Part shown: piece after piece, positions 15,071 through 31,877 of the stretch
How positions within the stretch are numbered: position 1 is the first letter of the stretch
Layout of the letters: every line of letters begins with the position of its first letter
From: the human T2T-CHM13v2.0 reference genome, Homo sapiens
Reading direction: 5' to 3' (one strand)
DNA: 64,000 nucleotides
NCBI RefSeq assembly: GCF_009914755.1
Contig: NC_060926.1
Translations under genes and position numbers: made by a program
The notes under the pieces: generated by a model
Told to the model about the DNA's origin: nothing
What the model saw: only the letters and a program-made list of their open reading frames with translations
Databases searched by the model: none

Positions 15071-15960
15071 TGCTATGGGCTGAATATTGCCCCCATCCCC
15101 AAATTTAGATGTTGAAGTCCTAACCCCTAGTATGCCAAATGTGACTGACTGTATTTTGTATATTTTAAGATAAAATCTGCTATGGTTTGAATTTGTCTCT
15201 TCAAAAATTTAAGTGTTGCCAATGTTATCGTATTAAGATGTGGGGCTTTTAAGAGGTGTTTAGGCCATGAGGGCTCCTTCCTCATGAATGGAATGAGGTG
15301 CCCTCATAAAAGGGCTTGATGAAGGAAGTTTGTCCCTTTTTGTCCTGCTGCCTTCTGCCTGATGAAGGGAGTTTGTCCCTTTTTGTCCTTCTGCCTTCTG
15401 CCTGATGAAGGAAGTTTGTCCCTTTTTGTCCTTCTGCCTTCTGCCATGTGAGGACACAGCATTCCTCCCCTCTGGAGGTCATGGCATTCAAGGCACCATC
15501 TTGGAAGCAGAGATAGGACCCTTACCAGAAAATGAACCTGCCTGTGCCTTGATCTTGGCCCAGTCTCCAGACTGCTAAAAATAAGTTTCTGGTTTTTTTT
15601 GTTTTGTTTTTTTTTAACAAATTATCCAGTCTGTGGTATTCTGTTATAGCAGCACAAACAAAGACAGGTTCTATAAAGGGATAATTAGGTTAAAATGAAG
15701 TCATTAGGGCGGGCCCTATCTAATATGACTGGTGTCCTCATGAAAAGCATAAATTAAGACAGACACACAGAGAGGAAAGACCCTATGAGGATACAGGGTG
15801 AAGATGGCCATGTACAAGCCAAAGAGAGGCCTCAAAAGAGATGAGCCTTGTGGACACATTGGCCTTGGATTATAGCCTTCAGAATTGTGAGAACAACTTC
15901 TGTTGTGCAAGCCACCCAGTCTGTGGTATACTCCATTATAGCAGCCCTAGCAAAGCAATA
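15071..15960 (+). mobile_element. MLT1B-like LTR with nested MST-type LTR (about 15177-15666)
   Basis: Two TGCTATGG starts (15071, about 15178) and two MaLR 3' ends (TTATAGCAGC at about 15644 and 15937). Confidence 0.8.
15317..15445. repeat. 43-bp minisatellite, 3 copies
   Basis: TGATGAAGGAAGTTTGTCCCTTTTTGTCCTTCTGCCTTCTGCC at 15317, 15360 and 15403. Confidence 0.95.
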
Positions 15961-16582
15961 TGGGAAATACCTGGTAACATTTACTCTTTTGAATATAGAG
16001 AATTAACTGATTCTATAAGGGAAAGAGGAGATAAAGAGAGCAATAGAAGAGACTGGATAAAAACAAGAAGATGAATTTCAGGAAATAGTGAAGATAGCAA
16101 TAAGAGGATAAGAAAAAGTGCACCAGGGATCCCCAACATGAACTTTTGCTGAGGAAAGAAAATCAAGATTACTTACTCCAACAGGGATACCTTTGTCTTG
16201 AGACAGTGGAGAGAACTTCATGGGCTCAATGAGAAAAAGGCAAGGAAGAAGCAGGAGAGAACTTTAGGGAAGTGAATGGAATGAAACTAAAAGGAAGTGA
16301 GAAGCACTATGGAGATACCTCAGCTACTTAAGACAGAATACAGGAAGGGGAAGTAACATGAATCCCAAGACTAAAGAAAGTAAAACATGAAGAATGTGAG
16401 GGAGTAAAAGGAGTTTGAAGGAAAACTGGAGGAGCTAAAAACGAACCATACACATATGGGCCAAGTGTTATATAAGCGAGAAACAGGTCACTGAGATAGC
16501 ATTAGATCATTCGAGCTTGGAGTCACTGTTTACAGGGATCAGAAAAAAAAGGAAATAGGGTTTAATTTTAAGATAAGAAACA

Positions 16583-16880
16583 GGCTGGGCACGGTGGCTC
16601 ACACCTGTAATCCCAGCACTTTGGGAGGCTGAGGCGGGCAGATCATGAGGTCGGGAGTTCGAGACCAGCCTGACCGACATGGTAAAACCCCATCTCTACT
16701 AAAAATACAAAAATTAGCTGGGCGTGGTGGCATGTGCCTGTAATCCCAGCTACTCATAAGGCTGAGAATCATTTGAACCCGGGAGGCGGAGGTTGCAGTG
16801 AGCCGAGATCATGCCACTGCACTCCAGCCTGGGCGACAGAGCAAGACTCCATCTCAAAAAATAAAAATAAAAATAAAATA
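16583..16880 (+). mobile_element. AluS
   Basis: TSD ATAAGAAACA; (TAAAAA)n tail. Confidence 0.93.
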
Positions 16881-18409
16881 AGAAACAAAGTTATATGGGA
16901 AGACTGGACTTGGACATCAACTTTTTAAACCTTTCCTGGATCCTGTGAGCCAATAAATTCCTCTTTGTGTCTAAGTTAGTTCAAGTTAGGTTACTGCCCT
17001 TTAAAATCAACCAACCAAAGTAATAAAAACTGTCAATGGAGGAGGAGTGAGACATTTCTTTTTGGCTATGTTGAATAGATGAGATATAATTTACCCAAAG
17101 TGTAGTTTACAGACAAGCCAGTCACCACACAGCCCACTTCTGGGGGTAACTGCAGAGCCTACAGGTCCTACTAAGAAGGTGGCCATGTTCTATGCCACGT
17201 TCTCTGCCCCGCTTCCAGAACCCCTCAGCCCCCAGTTCTCCCAGCTCAGCTGACTAGAATCAGGAATGTGCTCATGATCCAAAGGCCATCAGTTTTTCTA
17301 TGGGTTTATGGCCCACGAGGAGGTTTAGCATATAGAACCTCTGCTTCAATAGGGATACTACTGAGTCAAACAGACATTATTGCCTAGAAATTTCATGTGG
17401 AACTGACAAATTGTGAATAAGTTGAAGTTTTGAGTTATCAGAAAGGAGGAGTGAGCAGTTATGAACAAGCAGAAGCTATAGGTAAGCCAAAATCAAACGG
17501 TATTTATAGGAGAGTTGAAAAATTAGTAGAAATGGGAATGGTAGCAGTACAGTTGGAGGGATGCTGAATCACTGCATTTATGGGATCCCTGAACTTGCCA
17601 AGGCAGCAAGAAGATGACTCAGATTGGTGACTCTTCCACTGGATGCTTCTAGTTCCTGAGTGACTTCCAGAGTCCAAGAGGCCCAGCTCGACAGCTTTTC
17701 TTGATATGCCAGAAGGTCCTTAAAGTCCTTATTTCCATAAATACCGTCACGATACCCCTGCTCCCATCACCCAGATGAACCGCTGTTCTTTGTAGTGAAA
17801 TGGTCTTAACAAACATCTCAATAATAACATTGGCTAACACTTATTTAACATGGATTATGTGCCAAGCACTGAGATATTAATTTTACACATTGTACCTCAC
17901 TTAATTTTCTCAACAATCCTATGAGGCAGGTACATATTATTCTTACCAATTTATGGATGGAGAAACCTAACTTAGAGAGGTTACCTTGCTTGTCCAAGTC
18001 ACATCTTCTGTAGGGGAGCTAAGTCTGAAGCAGATCTGTATAACTCTAGAGTCCAAACATGTAATTATATTTAACTTCTCTCAAGTTACTCAGTTCCCTT
18101 GGGATCATTTCGGGTGTAGAGAGTGTAAGTAATTTAACTTTAAGTCATAAAATAAGAAATGTAGCAACCAGAACTAAAAGGGGAAAAAAGACTCATCATG
18201 AATATCACGTGTTATAAAATAATCATGTGTCTTGCTGAAACTTCATAAAAGAGAAGTTCTAGAAAGTTATCCCAAAGCAAGAAGTGGTGAATGGGAATTT
18301 ATTACTAATTTTAGATACATAATATGTGCCAGATGTATTGTCCTATTTGAACAAATGGCTAAGGAAAATATGTATTCTTTGTAGTTTAATAGTGGCCTCA
18401 ATTTTCCTA

Positions 18410-18855
<446 letters not shown>

Positions 18856-19514
18856 TATATGTGTAAGAAAAATAAACTGTGAGATATGAAGTGTAAAATT
18901 TCAACTCTTCTAATTATGCTGAATTAATAACTAAAATTTATTTTTCAAAAACTGGAAAATTTAGCAGAGATGTAGCTATTTAAAAATGAATAATAATGTT
19001 GAATATGTGTTTGCTCCATGAGGGCATAGATTTTTGTATTTCCTTCACTACTGGATCCTTAGAAGCTGGAACAGACTCTGTTATATAGTAGATGTTCAAT
19101 AAAAATCTGTTAAATAGAACAAATAAATGACTGAACTCAGAAAACTGAGATTATTCTCTGAATTGTATCTCTAAATGATATACGAGCAAGTCATTTAGCA
19201 TATTTGGATGCAAGTTTTATTTATTTATTTGTGAGATTTTTGTGTTATAAAAGATACTGCAAGGAGAGGGAATTTGTTCTACTAGACATAAAACCGAACA
19301 GCATGGCACTGGTTTAGGAACAGGCAATAAGTCAAAGGAACAGACTAGAAAATGTAGAGATAGACTTTGTATACACACATACACACACACTCACACTCAC
19401 ACTCACACTTATTTAAACAACATCAGTATATAATATAAAATGAATTGTTTATGACATCAGGCCATTGATTAAGATAAATAATATTAATTCCCTTTCAAGC
19501 CATATACAAAGCTA

Positions 19515-19874
<360 letters not shown>

Positions 19875-19956
19875 CTACTAGGAACAAAATTCACAAATTC
19901 ATAGAAATGTTTTTTATAACCTTACCGTGGTGTATCCTTTGTAAGAGTAATGCCAG

Positions 19957-20250
19957 GCTAGGCCCAGTGGCACACGCCTGTAATCCCAGCACTTTGGGAG
20001 GTTGAGGCAGGTAGATCGCTTGAGCCTAGGAGTTGGAGACCAGCCTGGGCAACATAGTGAGATCCTGTCTCTGTGAAAAAAAATAATAATAATAACTGGG
20101 TGTGGTGGTACATACCTGTGGTCCTAGCTACTTGGGAGGCTGAGGTAGGAGGATTCTTTGAGTCCAGGAGGCAGACGCTGCAGTGAGCCATGACTGCACC
20201 ACTGCACTCTTATCTGGGTGACAAAAAGAGAACATGTCTCAAAACAATAT
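19957..20250 (+). mobile_element. AluJ
   Basis: GCTTGAGCCTAGGAG and GCTGCAGTGAGCCATGA AluJ signatures. Confidence 0.9.
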
Positions 20251-20430
20251 TTTAAAAAAGAGTAACACCAAAGCCAAAACTATAAATAAAACAGATTACA
20301 GTATGAACAATTATGTGCATTAGAGTGCAGGAGAAAATAAAAAGTGTTATGGAACTAAGAGGAAAACTTGGACGATTGAAGATGGTACCATACATCCAGG
20401 CTAATGATGTTACTTTAAAATATTTCTTAT

Positions 20431-20720
20431 GCCTGTCACAGCGGCTCACGCCTGTAATCCCAGCATTTTGGGAGGCTGAGGTGGGACAATTGCTTGAGCC
20501 CAGGTGTTCAAGACCAGCCTGAGCAACACAGTGAGAACCTGTCTCTATGAAAAATAAAAAATTAACCAGGCGTGGTGCCATGCACCTGTGGTCCCAGCTG
20601 CTCAGGAGGTTGAAGTGGGAGAGTCACTCGAACCCAGGAGGTTGAGGCTGCAGTGATCGCACCACTGTACTCCAGCATGGGCAACCGAGGGAGACCCTGT
20701 CTCAAAAATAAAATAAATAG
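20431..20720 (+). mobile_element. AluJ
   Basis: AluJ signatures; TSD AATATTTCTTA. Confidence 0.9.
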
Positions 20721-21390
20721 AATATTTCTTAAATTATGAAACTTTTATCGCATTACCAAAACTTTAGGGAAATAGAAAATAGAAAAAACATCCCCTGAGT
20801 ACAACACAGTGACTATCATTTTTGCTTATTCCCTTGCAATATTTTTCATAGGCATTTTTTTGCTAAGATATTTCACATGCCATAAAATTCACTCCTTTAG
20901 AGTGTACACTTTAGTGGATTTTAGTATATTCACAAAGATGTGTAAGCATCACCACTCTTTTAATTCCAAAACGTTTTCATCCCCCACCCCAGAAAACATG
21001 ACGGCAACCCATTAGCAGTTACTGTTCACCCCCACTCCCTCAGCCAAAATCTACTTTGTCTCTGTTTGTTATAGGCATGTTTTAAACCCATTTGAATTAT
21101 AGAAGCCTTCTTTGTTTCATTTAAGTGTCTATCAGAAACAAGCTTTCCATAAGTGAACAGTCTTCAACCTTTTGTACAGAAAATCAACTCTAAAATGTTT
21201 GCAGAGGGCAAAATATAAAAGGAAGAAAAACAGAAAGAAAAAGGGTCATTCCAGGATACCAATTAAAAGATGAAAATGTACACAATTTATAAGCAAGTAT
21301 ACAACACAGGTCAAGAAGTGAATAGGGATTCTTTGATTCTTTCACTTTCTTAGTAAAAAAAAAAAAAAAAAAAGAAGAAGAAGTAAATAG

Positions 21391-21710
<320 letters not shown>

Positions 21711-22612
21711 TTATTGAAGAAAGGAACATTTTCTGGGGTCTGATGGTTTTACTATTGTGTTATCCTCAAAAAAATTTTTTGACCAAGGCAGTACACGCAC
21801 ATATTTACAAAAAAGTCAACAATGCTGAAGAGCTTATTGTAAGAGGTAAGAAAGCTTTGCCAGTCCTTCCCACCCCCAACCCACCCCGTTACCTTCCACT
21901 CAAGCCCTAGAACAAGTCTGACTTCTTAACGGCTACAGTTTCAAAAATTCTTCTGGGTGGTTACTTCCCTATCTCTAAATAATACAGTTATATCACCACT
22001 TCTTTATTTATCAGACAGACAGGCTTTATCTGTGGACTTCCTTCCTATTCTGATAGATGAGAACTTAGTTCACTTACACCCTCCTCCCTCCCAATATGGA
22101 TGTCTCATTATTTTTAGTTCCTCTATTGTAATTTTAGGTAACTTATTTACTTGAATTCCTCTTTGTAATTTTCTTAATATATGAATATTTGCTTCCTGTT
22201 CTGCTAACTGTAACTTGTATCTCTCAAGTCCCCACTTTGTGTGGATCTTCTTCCCTTCTACTTCCAAAATTCTGTCTGCATGTTGTTTTCTAGATTTCAA
22301 TAGACTAAGTGAAAAAGTTCAAAGGACCAGCACAATGGAATATGAAGTTTTAACAAATGACATTCAAAAAACTGTGAAGTGGTTCACGCACATAAGCAAG
22401 AAACTAATATAGGAACACACATCCATCCATCATTCAGCTTTTTCAAATCTTAACATTATCACATATTTGCTTCCCTTTAAAAAGAGAAAGCATTGTCAGT
22501 CCACTGAGACCCCATGTACTATTGATTGTATTTCTCTTCTACCTCAATATTCATCATTATATCAAAATCGCTCTTATTAACTCAGCATTTACCATTCTAC
22601 CACTTGATTTTA

Positions 22613-23002
<390 letters not shown>

Positions 23003-23412
23003 TCACACTTAAAATTTAACATTTTTATTGACACAATTTCATTCATTAGACTTACCATTCCAAATATCATTTGATAGTGTGCCTATCATCCTAATTGCTT
23101 ACTATTATAAATGATGCTGGTATAAGTACATTGGGTATTCTTAGCATAAATGGGGGAAGGGAACGCTAAGAAAAATTAGCAAATAAATTTTTAAAAGAAA
23201 AAAGATAAATGTGGGATATTTAGAATTTACCTTTGGATTCAATGGAACTGGGTTCTGTCTCTTATGCATTAATTATGTTTTAGCCTAACCTAATAGCTAT
23301 GAAGTTCTGCTCACAGAATTTAAAAAGATCTGGAGACATTTATAAATGAGAAAAAGCATAGATGATAATAAAAAATATATGTGTACCTACAATTAATCAA
23401 TGTTCATCACAG

Positions 23413-24335
23413 TTTTTTTTTTTTTTTTTTTAGAGGCAGGGTCTTGCTCTGTCACCCAGGCTGGAGTGCAGTGCTGTGATCATGGTTCACTGCAGCCTTG
23501 AACTCCTGGGCTCTGGCAATCCTCCTGCCTGAGCCTTCTGAGTAGCTGAGACTATAGATATGGGCCACCACACCTGGCTAATTTTTAATTTTTTTTAGTA
23601 GAGATGAAGTCTTGCTATGTTGACCAGGCTTGTGGGAGTTCAGTCAGGCTGGTGGAAAAAATTTTAAAGATAGTTATAAGAAATAGACACAAACCTTCTT
23701 GTAAGGCTGGAGAGGGTTTACATTGCTTCAGTAACAGATTTGGCTGAAAGCAGCCTAATCCTCTCTACCTTTAGCTGATAGCAAAAATGAAAATAACAAG
23801 GGAATGTGAGGAAGTTTATCTAAATAGCTTGCTTACTCATGTGGTCCTAAAACCAAACTTTGATCAACCTCAGGTGCATAATTGCTCTCTACTCAGGGGG
23901 TGAGCAATGTTAATTACCCTCTAGTGGTGTTTACTCGAGACCTTTGTCATTTAATCTGTATTAAATAAATGTGAACTTTGCTAGCTTATTGAGGTGATGC
24001 TCCAGATGCAGAGCAGAGCCCCTTAGCCAGACTGACAGGCAAAATATCTGTGTCAGTGTATGTCTCTCATCCATCACTGGTTCAGGGTCTGCGGGCTGGA
24101 TTCCTGCACAGGCTGGTCTTGAACTCCTGGGCTCAAGCAATCCTCCCGCCTGAGCCTTCTGAGTAGCTGAGACTACAGATATGGGCCACCACACCTGGCT
24201 ATTTTTAACATTTTTTAGTAGAGATGAAGTCTTGCTGTGTTGCCCAGGCTGGTCTTAAACTCCTGGGCTCAAGAGCTCCTCCTGCCTTGGCCTCCCAAAG
24301 TGCTGGGAGTACAGGCATGAGTCATGGTGCCCAGA
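23413..24335 (-). mobile_element. AluJ with internal duplication, split by LTR22
   Basis: Alu segments at 23413-23630 and 24109-24335. Confidence 0.9.
23631..24108 (+). mobile_element. ERVK solo LTR, LTR22 family (HERV-K HML-5)
   Basis: TG...CA termini, TGTGGGAGTTCAGTCAGG start, perfect 6-bp TSD CAGGCT (23625-23630 and 24109-24114), internal AATAAA about 23965. Confidence 0.85.
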
Positions 24336-24858
24336 CGGACATTTTTTTAAAAATAAAGGATTACTCCTGAAACGCTGAAGTCTTCTTTGTACCCCTCTGT
24401 GATAACATGAATAGCCTCTTAATGACACCAAGGAGCAAGACAAGTTAGTCCCAAAGTAGCTCACATAGATGATGATAAAGGAATGAGGGGTGGGTGTGAT
24501 CTATGCAAAAAACCCTTACTCTTTAATGGGTTGCTGTTTCTAACATAATTGCAACAGTACCCTACGTTGCTATAATGCATTATAGTTTTCAAAGTGCTTT
24601 TGTGGCCTCCATAATAGAGAGGTTGTGAGGTAAGCTTCAACCACGGCTGCCCTACTACCCAAGAGTGGACACACAATGATGAATAGGTCAATTTCTGCCT
24701 CTTAGTTTCTTAGCTAGGGAGGGGCACTTACTGGAACAGCACAGAAAACAGAGTCTTTGGCCCAGTTGGGGAATCTTTATCAGGTTATGCTACTTAGCTT
24801 TCCTCCTGTTAAATGTGAGAGGAATAAATCCCTGTTCCTTGGATCAGTGTGACTCTGA

Positions 24859-25216
<358 letters not shown>

Positions 25217-25512
25217 AAGTGCACTACTTTTAAAAGTTAAAGTATTATGCAGCCATGAGGGAATATTTGTGCAAGAAGAAAGCTTTTACAAGAAAAACTT
25301 GAAACATTGGTATTTTTGCCTCCTTTTTAACAACTAGAGTCGTTTTGGGAGTTGTTTCTTGTCGAAGAAACAACCCATGTTTATTTTCCCAGTATGGCAG
25401 GACCATGTAGGAAAGCAAAATTACCCCTCAGGAGAGGAAATTCTCTGACACTCTATAAGGCTCCATAACCCTCCTCTGAACTGTGGCCAACAAGATTGGG
25501 TAGCACTTTTTA

Positions 25513-25929
<417 letters not shown>

Positions 25930-27214
25930 CTACCTAAAAAATCAAATTTTATTTTCTTTCTCACAAATATTCAATCTGCTTTCATCTCAGTTCTTCCTAC
26001 CTTGTCAAACCTCTCCCCACATTTCCTATTCTTTTTCTCTCCAGCCTGATATCTCTCATTATACTGCTTAAGAGAAATGTTATGTTACTATTCTTTTCTC
26101 CCAGAACTGTTTCTCTGGTTCTTTAAGGTGTCTGAGTACACACTGTGCCTTCTTCCTTTTAGCCCTCTCTTCTCCTTGTTCCCTGAGCCTTACCTTTATG
26201 ACCTTAGAACTTCAAGTTCCCACTACAATTTTAAATATAGACTATTTTGCTTTTCCTCCTACTAGGGAGCTTAAATTGCCTCTAATTACACTGTTTTCCC
26301 GAGTCCTTCCTCTCCTTTGCAATTTAGATATAGCACAGAAGCACATTTTGCTTGACTGTCCTCTGAACTGTCATGCTGTTTTGATGTGGTTCTATTGTCC
26401 AAGAGTCTTGGTTAAATAATAGCCCAGCATCCCACCTGTGTTTAAAAGAACTGCTTCACAGGCAAATCAAAAAGCCCATGGATCCGAAGTCACAATGGGC
26501 GTTGCTATTCAAACAGCACCAGATTGCTATTCAACGCTTGGTTGAAAAATAAATTTCAGTTTCATTCACCTAATATATTTCCTTCTATTTTGTAGGATGG
26601 TATGCTCTTACTTCAATTTGGACTTGTTCACAATTGAACGTTAACATAGCCTTATAGATTAGCCTGTTTTCATTGGTCCAGAGTATTCTCCAAATAAAGC
26701 AGGGTCTGTGCATTTTAAGCAACTCCCCTGAACAATTTCATGGGCATTCTCAAATTTGAGAACTACCTGAAAAGCTGTGTTGGAGAAAAGAACAACCAAT
26801 GAATGTGGCAGGACAGAATATTGAACATTAACTTCCCTTTTCCTCTTCTCCCATCTGTTCTCTTCCATTATCCCTACCCGTCCGCTCAGTCTCGTTATTC
26901 AGGCAACAGTTATTTTGCCATTATTTCCTCAAGAAAGGAACAAAAGTAAACACAATTGCTTTCTGATTTTTTTTTTTTTTTTGCATTTTAAAATGGACTT
27001 TGAAACCATAAGCAAAGAGGTGTTTAAGAGTCTTTCCAAAGCCAAAAATGAAGGTTTTGAAATTTCAAAGTCACTGCCTTGAAGAGACTCGAGGTTTGGA
27101 GTGTGTACAGTATGTCGGAGCTGGACTTTTCTCCTTCCTGAGACTAGATAACGGTCTGAATCCAAGACAGTTTTCATGATTTCAGAGGAAGTGGTCAAGT
27201 GGTCTGTGAGGTAG

Positions 27215-27473
<259 letters not shown>

Positions 27474-28277
27474 GAGCAGTCAGGATGTGTGCCTCCAAAG
27501 CTGAGGTAGACAAAAAGATACCAGAGTTCTAGAGGCCTGCCAGGCACAGCAGCAGCAGCAGAAGGAAGGTGTGGGCGAGAACAGGGCAGCCAGGCGTGTG
27601 CCACCTCCCAGACACAATTATTGGGAATGGAGGGCAAGTGGTGATGGGAGAAAATCTTGACTTAATTGATGTCAAGATTAAAGAAATGCCACCTGGTGGC
27701 ATTTAAGTTCACACATAGGTAAAGAAAGTTATGCATTTACTGTGAAAGTCATCCCACTATTTAGTAGAAACAGGAGATCTGGATTCTGGTCAAGAGTCTC
27801 TTTTGCCAACTGTGGCACCACTGAGCAGCGGCACAGCTTTTGTGAATCCTGGGTTCTTCATTATTAAAATGGGGACATTAGCGTTGGGTTGAGTATAAGA
27901 AATGGACATTTTTGCAGGTCAAAAATGGTTGAATATTTGCATTTTCATATGATTCAACCGAATACTTACTTCACAGGCATAAGGAAAAAAATAGAATAAC
28001 ATACTAACAACTGTCCCTGGAGTAAGTACTTAACAAATACATGATTTATAAAGAAGATATGTGAAAGATATTTGTAAGTACATGATTTATAGAAAGATAT
28101 GAAAGTATGTAAACCCTTGTGGTCTAATGGTCACAGAATAATCTGAGCTTAATATCCCTGCTCCCTACCATACAGAAGGCAAAATGCCTATTAGGGGTTT
28201 TCTTTCTTCACCCTCTCCTTCTTTTTCCTCCTCCTCTTGACTCCTCCTCATCCTCCTCTTTCTTCTTCCCCTTATTA

Positions 28278-28620
<343 letters not shown>

Positions 28621-28790
28621 TCATAGTTCAAAAACCAAAAGGTATAAAAGGAAATACAGTAAAAAATTTCCTATCATATCACTGTCTAGAGTACTATTCC
28701 TTATATATTTTCCTGATTTTTGAGTATTTTAAAATGTGAGTGTTGGATATGAGTGTTGGATTTAAAAAGTTTTATGATAATTTGTGTATA

Positions 28791-28792
<2 letters not shown>

Positions 28793-28820
<28 letters not shown>
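28793..28820. repeat. (TG)n microsatellite
   Basis: Direct reading. Confidence 0.95.
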
Positions 28821-28824
<4 letters not shown>

Positions 28825-29078
28825 GTAGTCCAAGACTATCAGTTTATGAATAATAAGAGGAGACCCATGGAAAACCAGTCCCTTTGACCAAGTTCACTCA
28901 GATAATCAGCAGCAGGGCTTGGACATTAATTACAGTTATCCAACATCCTTTGAGGTCTCACATGACAAATTACAAATATGGAGTGTAAATGTAACCCACT
29001 TTGCTAGGCAAAAAAAGCCCTGTTTTTTTAAAAAATATATATTTTTGGCTTATGGGCAACAGAAGCCAGGGAGACGTA

Positions 29079-29722
29079 CAGTCAAACCTCATTTCTCATG
29101 GCTTTCATATCTGCAAATTCTCCTACTCATTAAAAGTTATTTATAACTCCCGAATCAATACCCACAGCACTTTTGTGATCATTGGCAGACATGTGCAGAA
29201 AAGAAAAAAAAATTGAGTTGTTGATTGCACACATTCCCAGCTGAATTTCAACAAAGCAACACTCTGCCTTCCCACTTCAGCTTTCTTACTATATGTGTGT
29301 CCTTTTTCTGTTTATTTAGTACCATGTTTTTCACACTTTCGTTCTTTTTGGTGGTGATTTTGCTGTTTAAAATGGCCAACAAGTGTAGTGCTAAGTGCTG
29401 CGTAGGGTTCTTAAGCACAAGAAGGCTATGATGTGCCTTATGGAGAAAATACGTGTGTTGGATCAGTTTCACTCAAGCATGAGTTATGGCGCTATTAGCT
29501 GTGAGTTCAATGTTAACAAATCAACAATATATGCTAAAGTGTCTTTAAACAGAAACACACATAAAACAAGGTTATATGTTTGGTTGGCAAAAATGTTATA
29601 ACCAGAAGCTTGCAGAAACCTAACCCTGTATTTCCCTTAAGAGCAATGGTTCATTATTCACTAATTCAATGTTTACAGCAACTTTATAAACTATAACTAC
29701 CATGAATAATGAGAATTGACTA
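29079..29722 (+). mobile_element. MER82-like TcMar-Tigger non-autonomous DNA transposon
   Basis: TA-preceded CAGTC...CTCATT / AATGAG...GACT inverted ends. Residual HTH-psq-like peptide KKAMMCLMEKIRVLDQF...FNVNKSTIY (ORF 29395-29601). Confidence 0.8.
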
Positions 29723-30072
29723 TGTTTTAGATCATAATACCTGAAGTGAAGTTTTCCATCATGGTTTTTAGTTCTTAGAGTCCATTTAAGTTTTTTAAAA
29801 ATATGATAGCTATCCTATCACATCCCACATTCTTGAGATTAAAAAATTAATCTTTTATTTGGTACAGAAAAGGCTCCTGCGTGCATTTTTGGAGGGGCTG
29901 GACCGCTGAGGAAGTCATGGTTGGCTCAAGTGGTTTAAATGCATTGCTAATTTCATAGCCTCTGAACCACTTATGAAACAATACTGATGATATGTCAGTA
30001 GCTATGTTTGCAGCTCCTTCAGGAATGCTTATATCTTTTACTGCTGGTAAAGAAGAAATTTATAGTAATAGA

Positions 30073-30358
30073 TTTTTTTTTTTTTTAGATAGAGTCTCAC
30101 TCTGTCGCCTAGGCTGGATTACAGCGGCTTGATCACGGTTTACTGCAGCCTGGATCTCCCAGGCTCTCCTACTGTAGCCTCCCCAGTAACTAGGGCCCCC
30201 ACACAGGCATCACCACACCCAGCTCATTTTTTTATGTTTTATAGAGACAGGGTCTTACTATGTTTTCCAGGCTGGTCTCAAACTTCTGGGCTCAAGCAAT
30301 CCTCCTACTTTGGCCTCCCAAAGTGCTGAAATTACAGGCATGAACCACTGCACCTGGT
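30073..30358 (-). mobile_element. AluJ
   Basis: Diverged antisense Alu. Confidence 0.9.
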
Positions 30359-30814
30359 TTATGGTCATCTTAAGTAGAGACTTATGAGTGCGTATCATTG
30401 TATCACCAATCTGAGACTCAATTTTATCTTTCTGTTAATAGACAATGCAGTTTTTCTGTTAATTACAATGAAAATCAAGGGTTGCTTAGCAAGTTTTTAC
30501 TCATAACTCCAAGTTTTGTGACTTATAGTGAGAAATGGGTATAATTCTTTGTGATTTGTTAAAATGCAGTATTTCGAGGAGGGATAACATATAAAATTTA
30601 ACAGTTTCCTATCATTATTTTTATCCTTTTGAACCACTGTATACTACAGATAGACAAAGGCAGCTTTGGCCACTTACTCCTCAGTGTGACTAAGTTGACC
30701 AGATGTTTTCCAGACCACAGGTTCTGTCAAGAGACAGTGTGGAGAGAAATGGGTAGGCAGGTATGGAAAGAAGAGTCAGAAACAGATAGTGAGCTAATCT
30801 CTACAAATGGCTCG

Positions 30815-31280
30815 TTATGGCCTGAGCTGTGTTCTCCTCCCCGCAAAAAGATATGTTGGAGTCGTAATCCCCAGTACCTCAGAATGTGGCCTTATTTGGA
30901 GATTCGATATTTACAGAGGTAAGCAAGTTAAAATGAGATCACTATAGTGGGTCCTAATTCAATACGACTGGTATCCTTACAAAAAAGGGGAAATTTAACC
31001 ACAGATACAGACACACACATAGGGAGAGTGCTAGTGAAGGTGAAGTCAGAGATTGGAATGATGTAGCAGAAGCCTAGGAATGCCAAAGATTGCCAGCAAA
31101 CCACCAGAAGCTGGGAGAGCCACATGGAACAGATTCTCCTTCACAGTCCCCTGAAAGAACCAACTCTCCTGACACCTCGATTTCAGACTTCTAGCCTCCA
31201 GAGCTGGGGTCAATGAGCTTCTCTCATTAAGCCATCATCCAGTGTATGGTACTTTGTTACAGCAGTCTTAGCAAATGCAT
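30815..31280 (+). mobile_element. MLT1C-like MaLR LTR
   Basis: AGTACCTCAGAATGTGGCCTTATTTGGA...GACTTCTAGCCTCCAGA...TTTGTTACAGCAG. Confidence 0.85.
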
Positions 31281-31521
31281 GGTTCCTCACTGGAACCATG
31301 AATTTCCATGCATTTATTTCATTTAAATAATAAAACGGATCCCCTTTGTGGCTTGTAGTTCTGTTCCATTTCAAAAATCCAGAAAAAAGATTTGTTCAGA
31401 AGCTAGAAATGATGAACTGGATCTTGCCCAAGGTCATAAAACCACAAAACCCTTTACAGAGCACAAAAGTCTGATTTTTCAAAGCTTGTCTCAAAAGATG
31501 GGTCACTCCTTAGTCATTTAG

Positions 31522-31877
<356 letters not shown>

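Noticed and set aside
14134-15445. 43-45 bp repeats as a CRISPR-like array
   Set aside because: The units are head-to-tail with no spacers, there are no cas genes, and the context is eukaryotic.
29395-29601. HTH-psq-like ORF
   Set aside because: Fossil transposase N-terminus inside a non-autonomous Tigger-family element; no DDE domain or intact gene.
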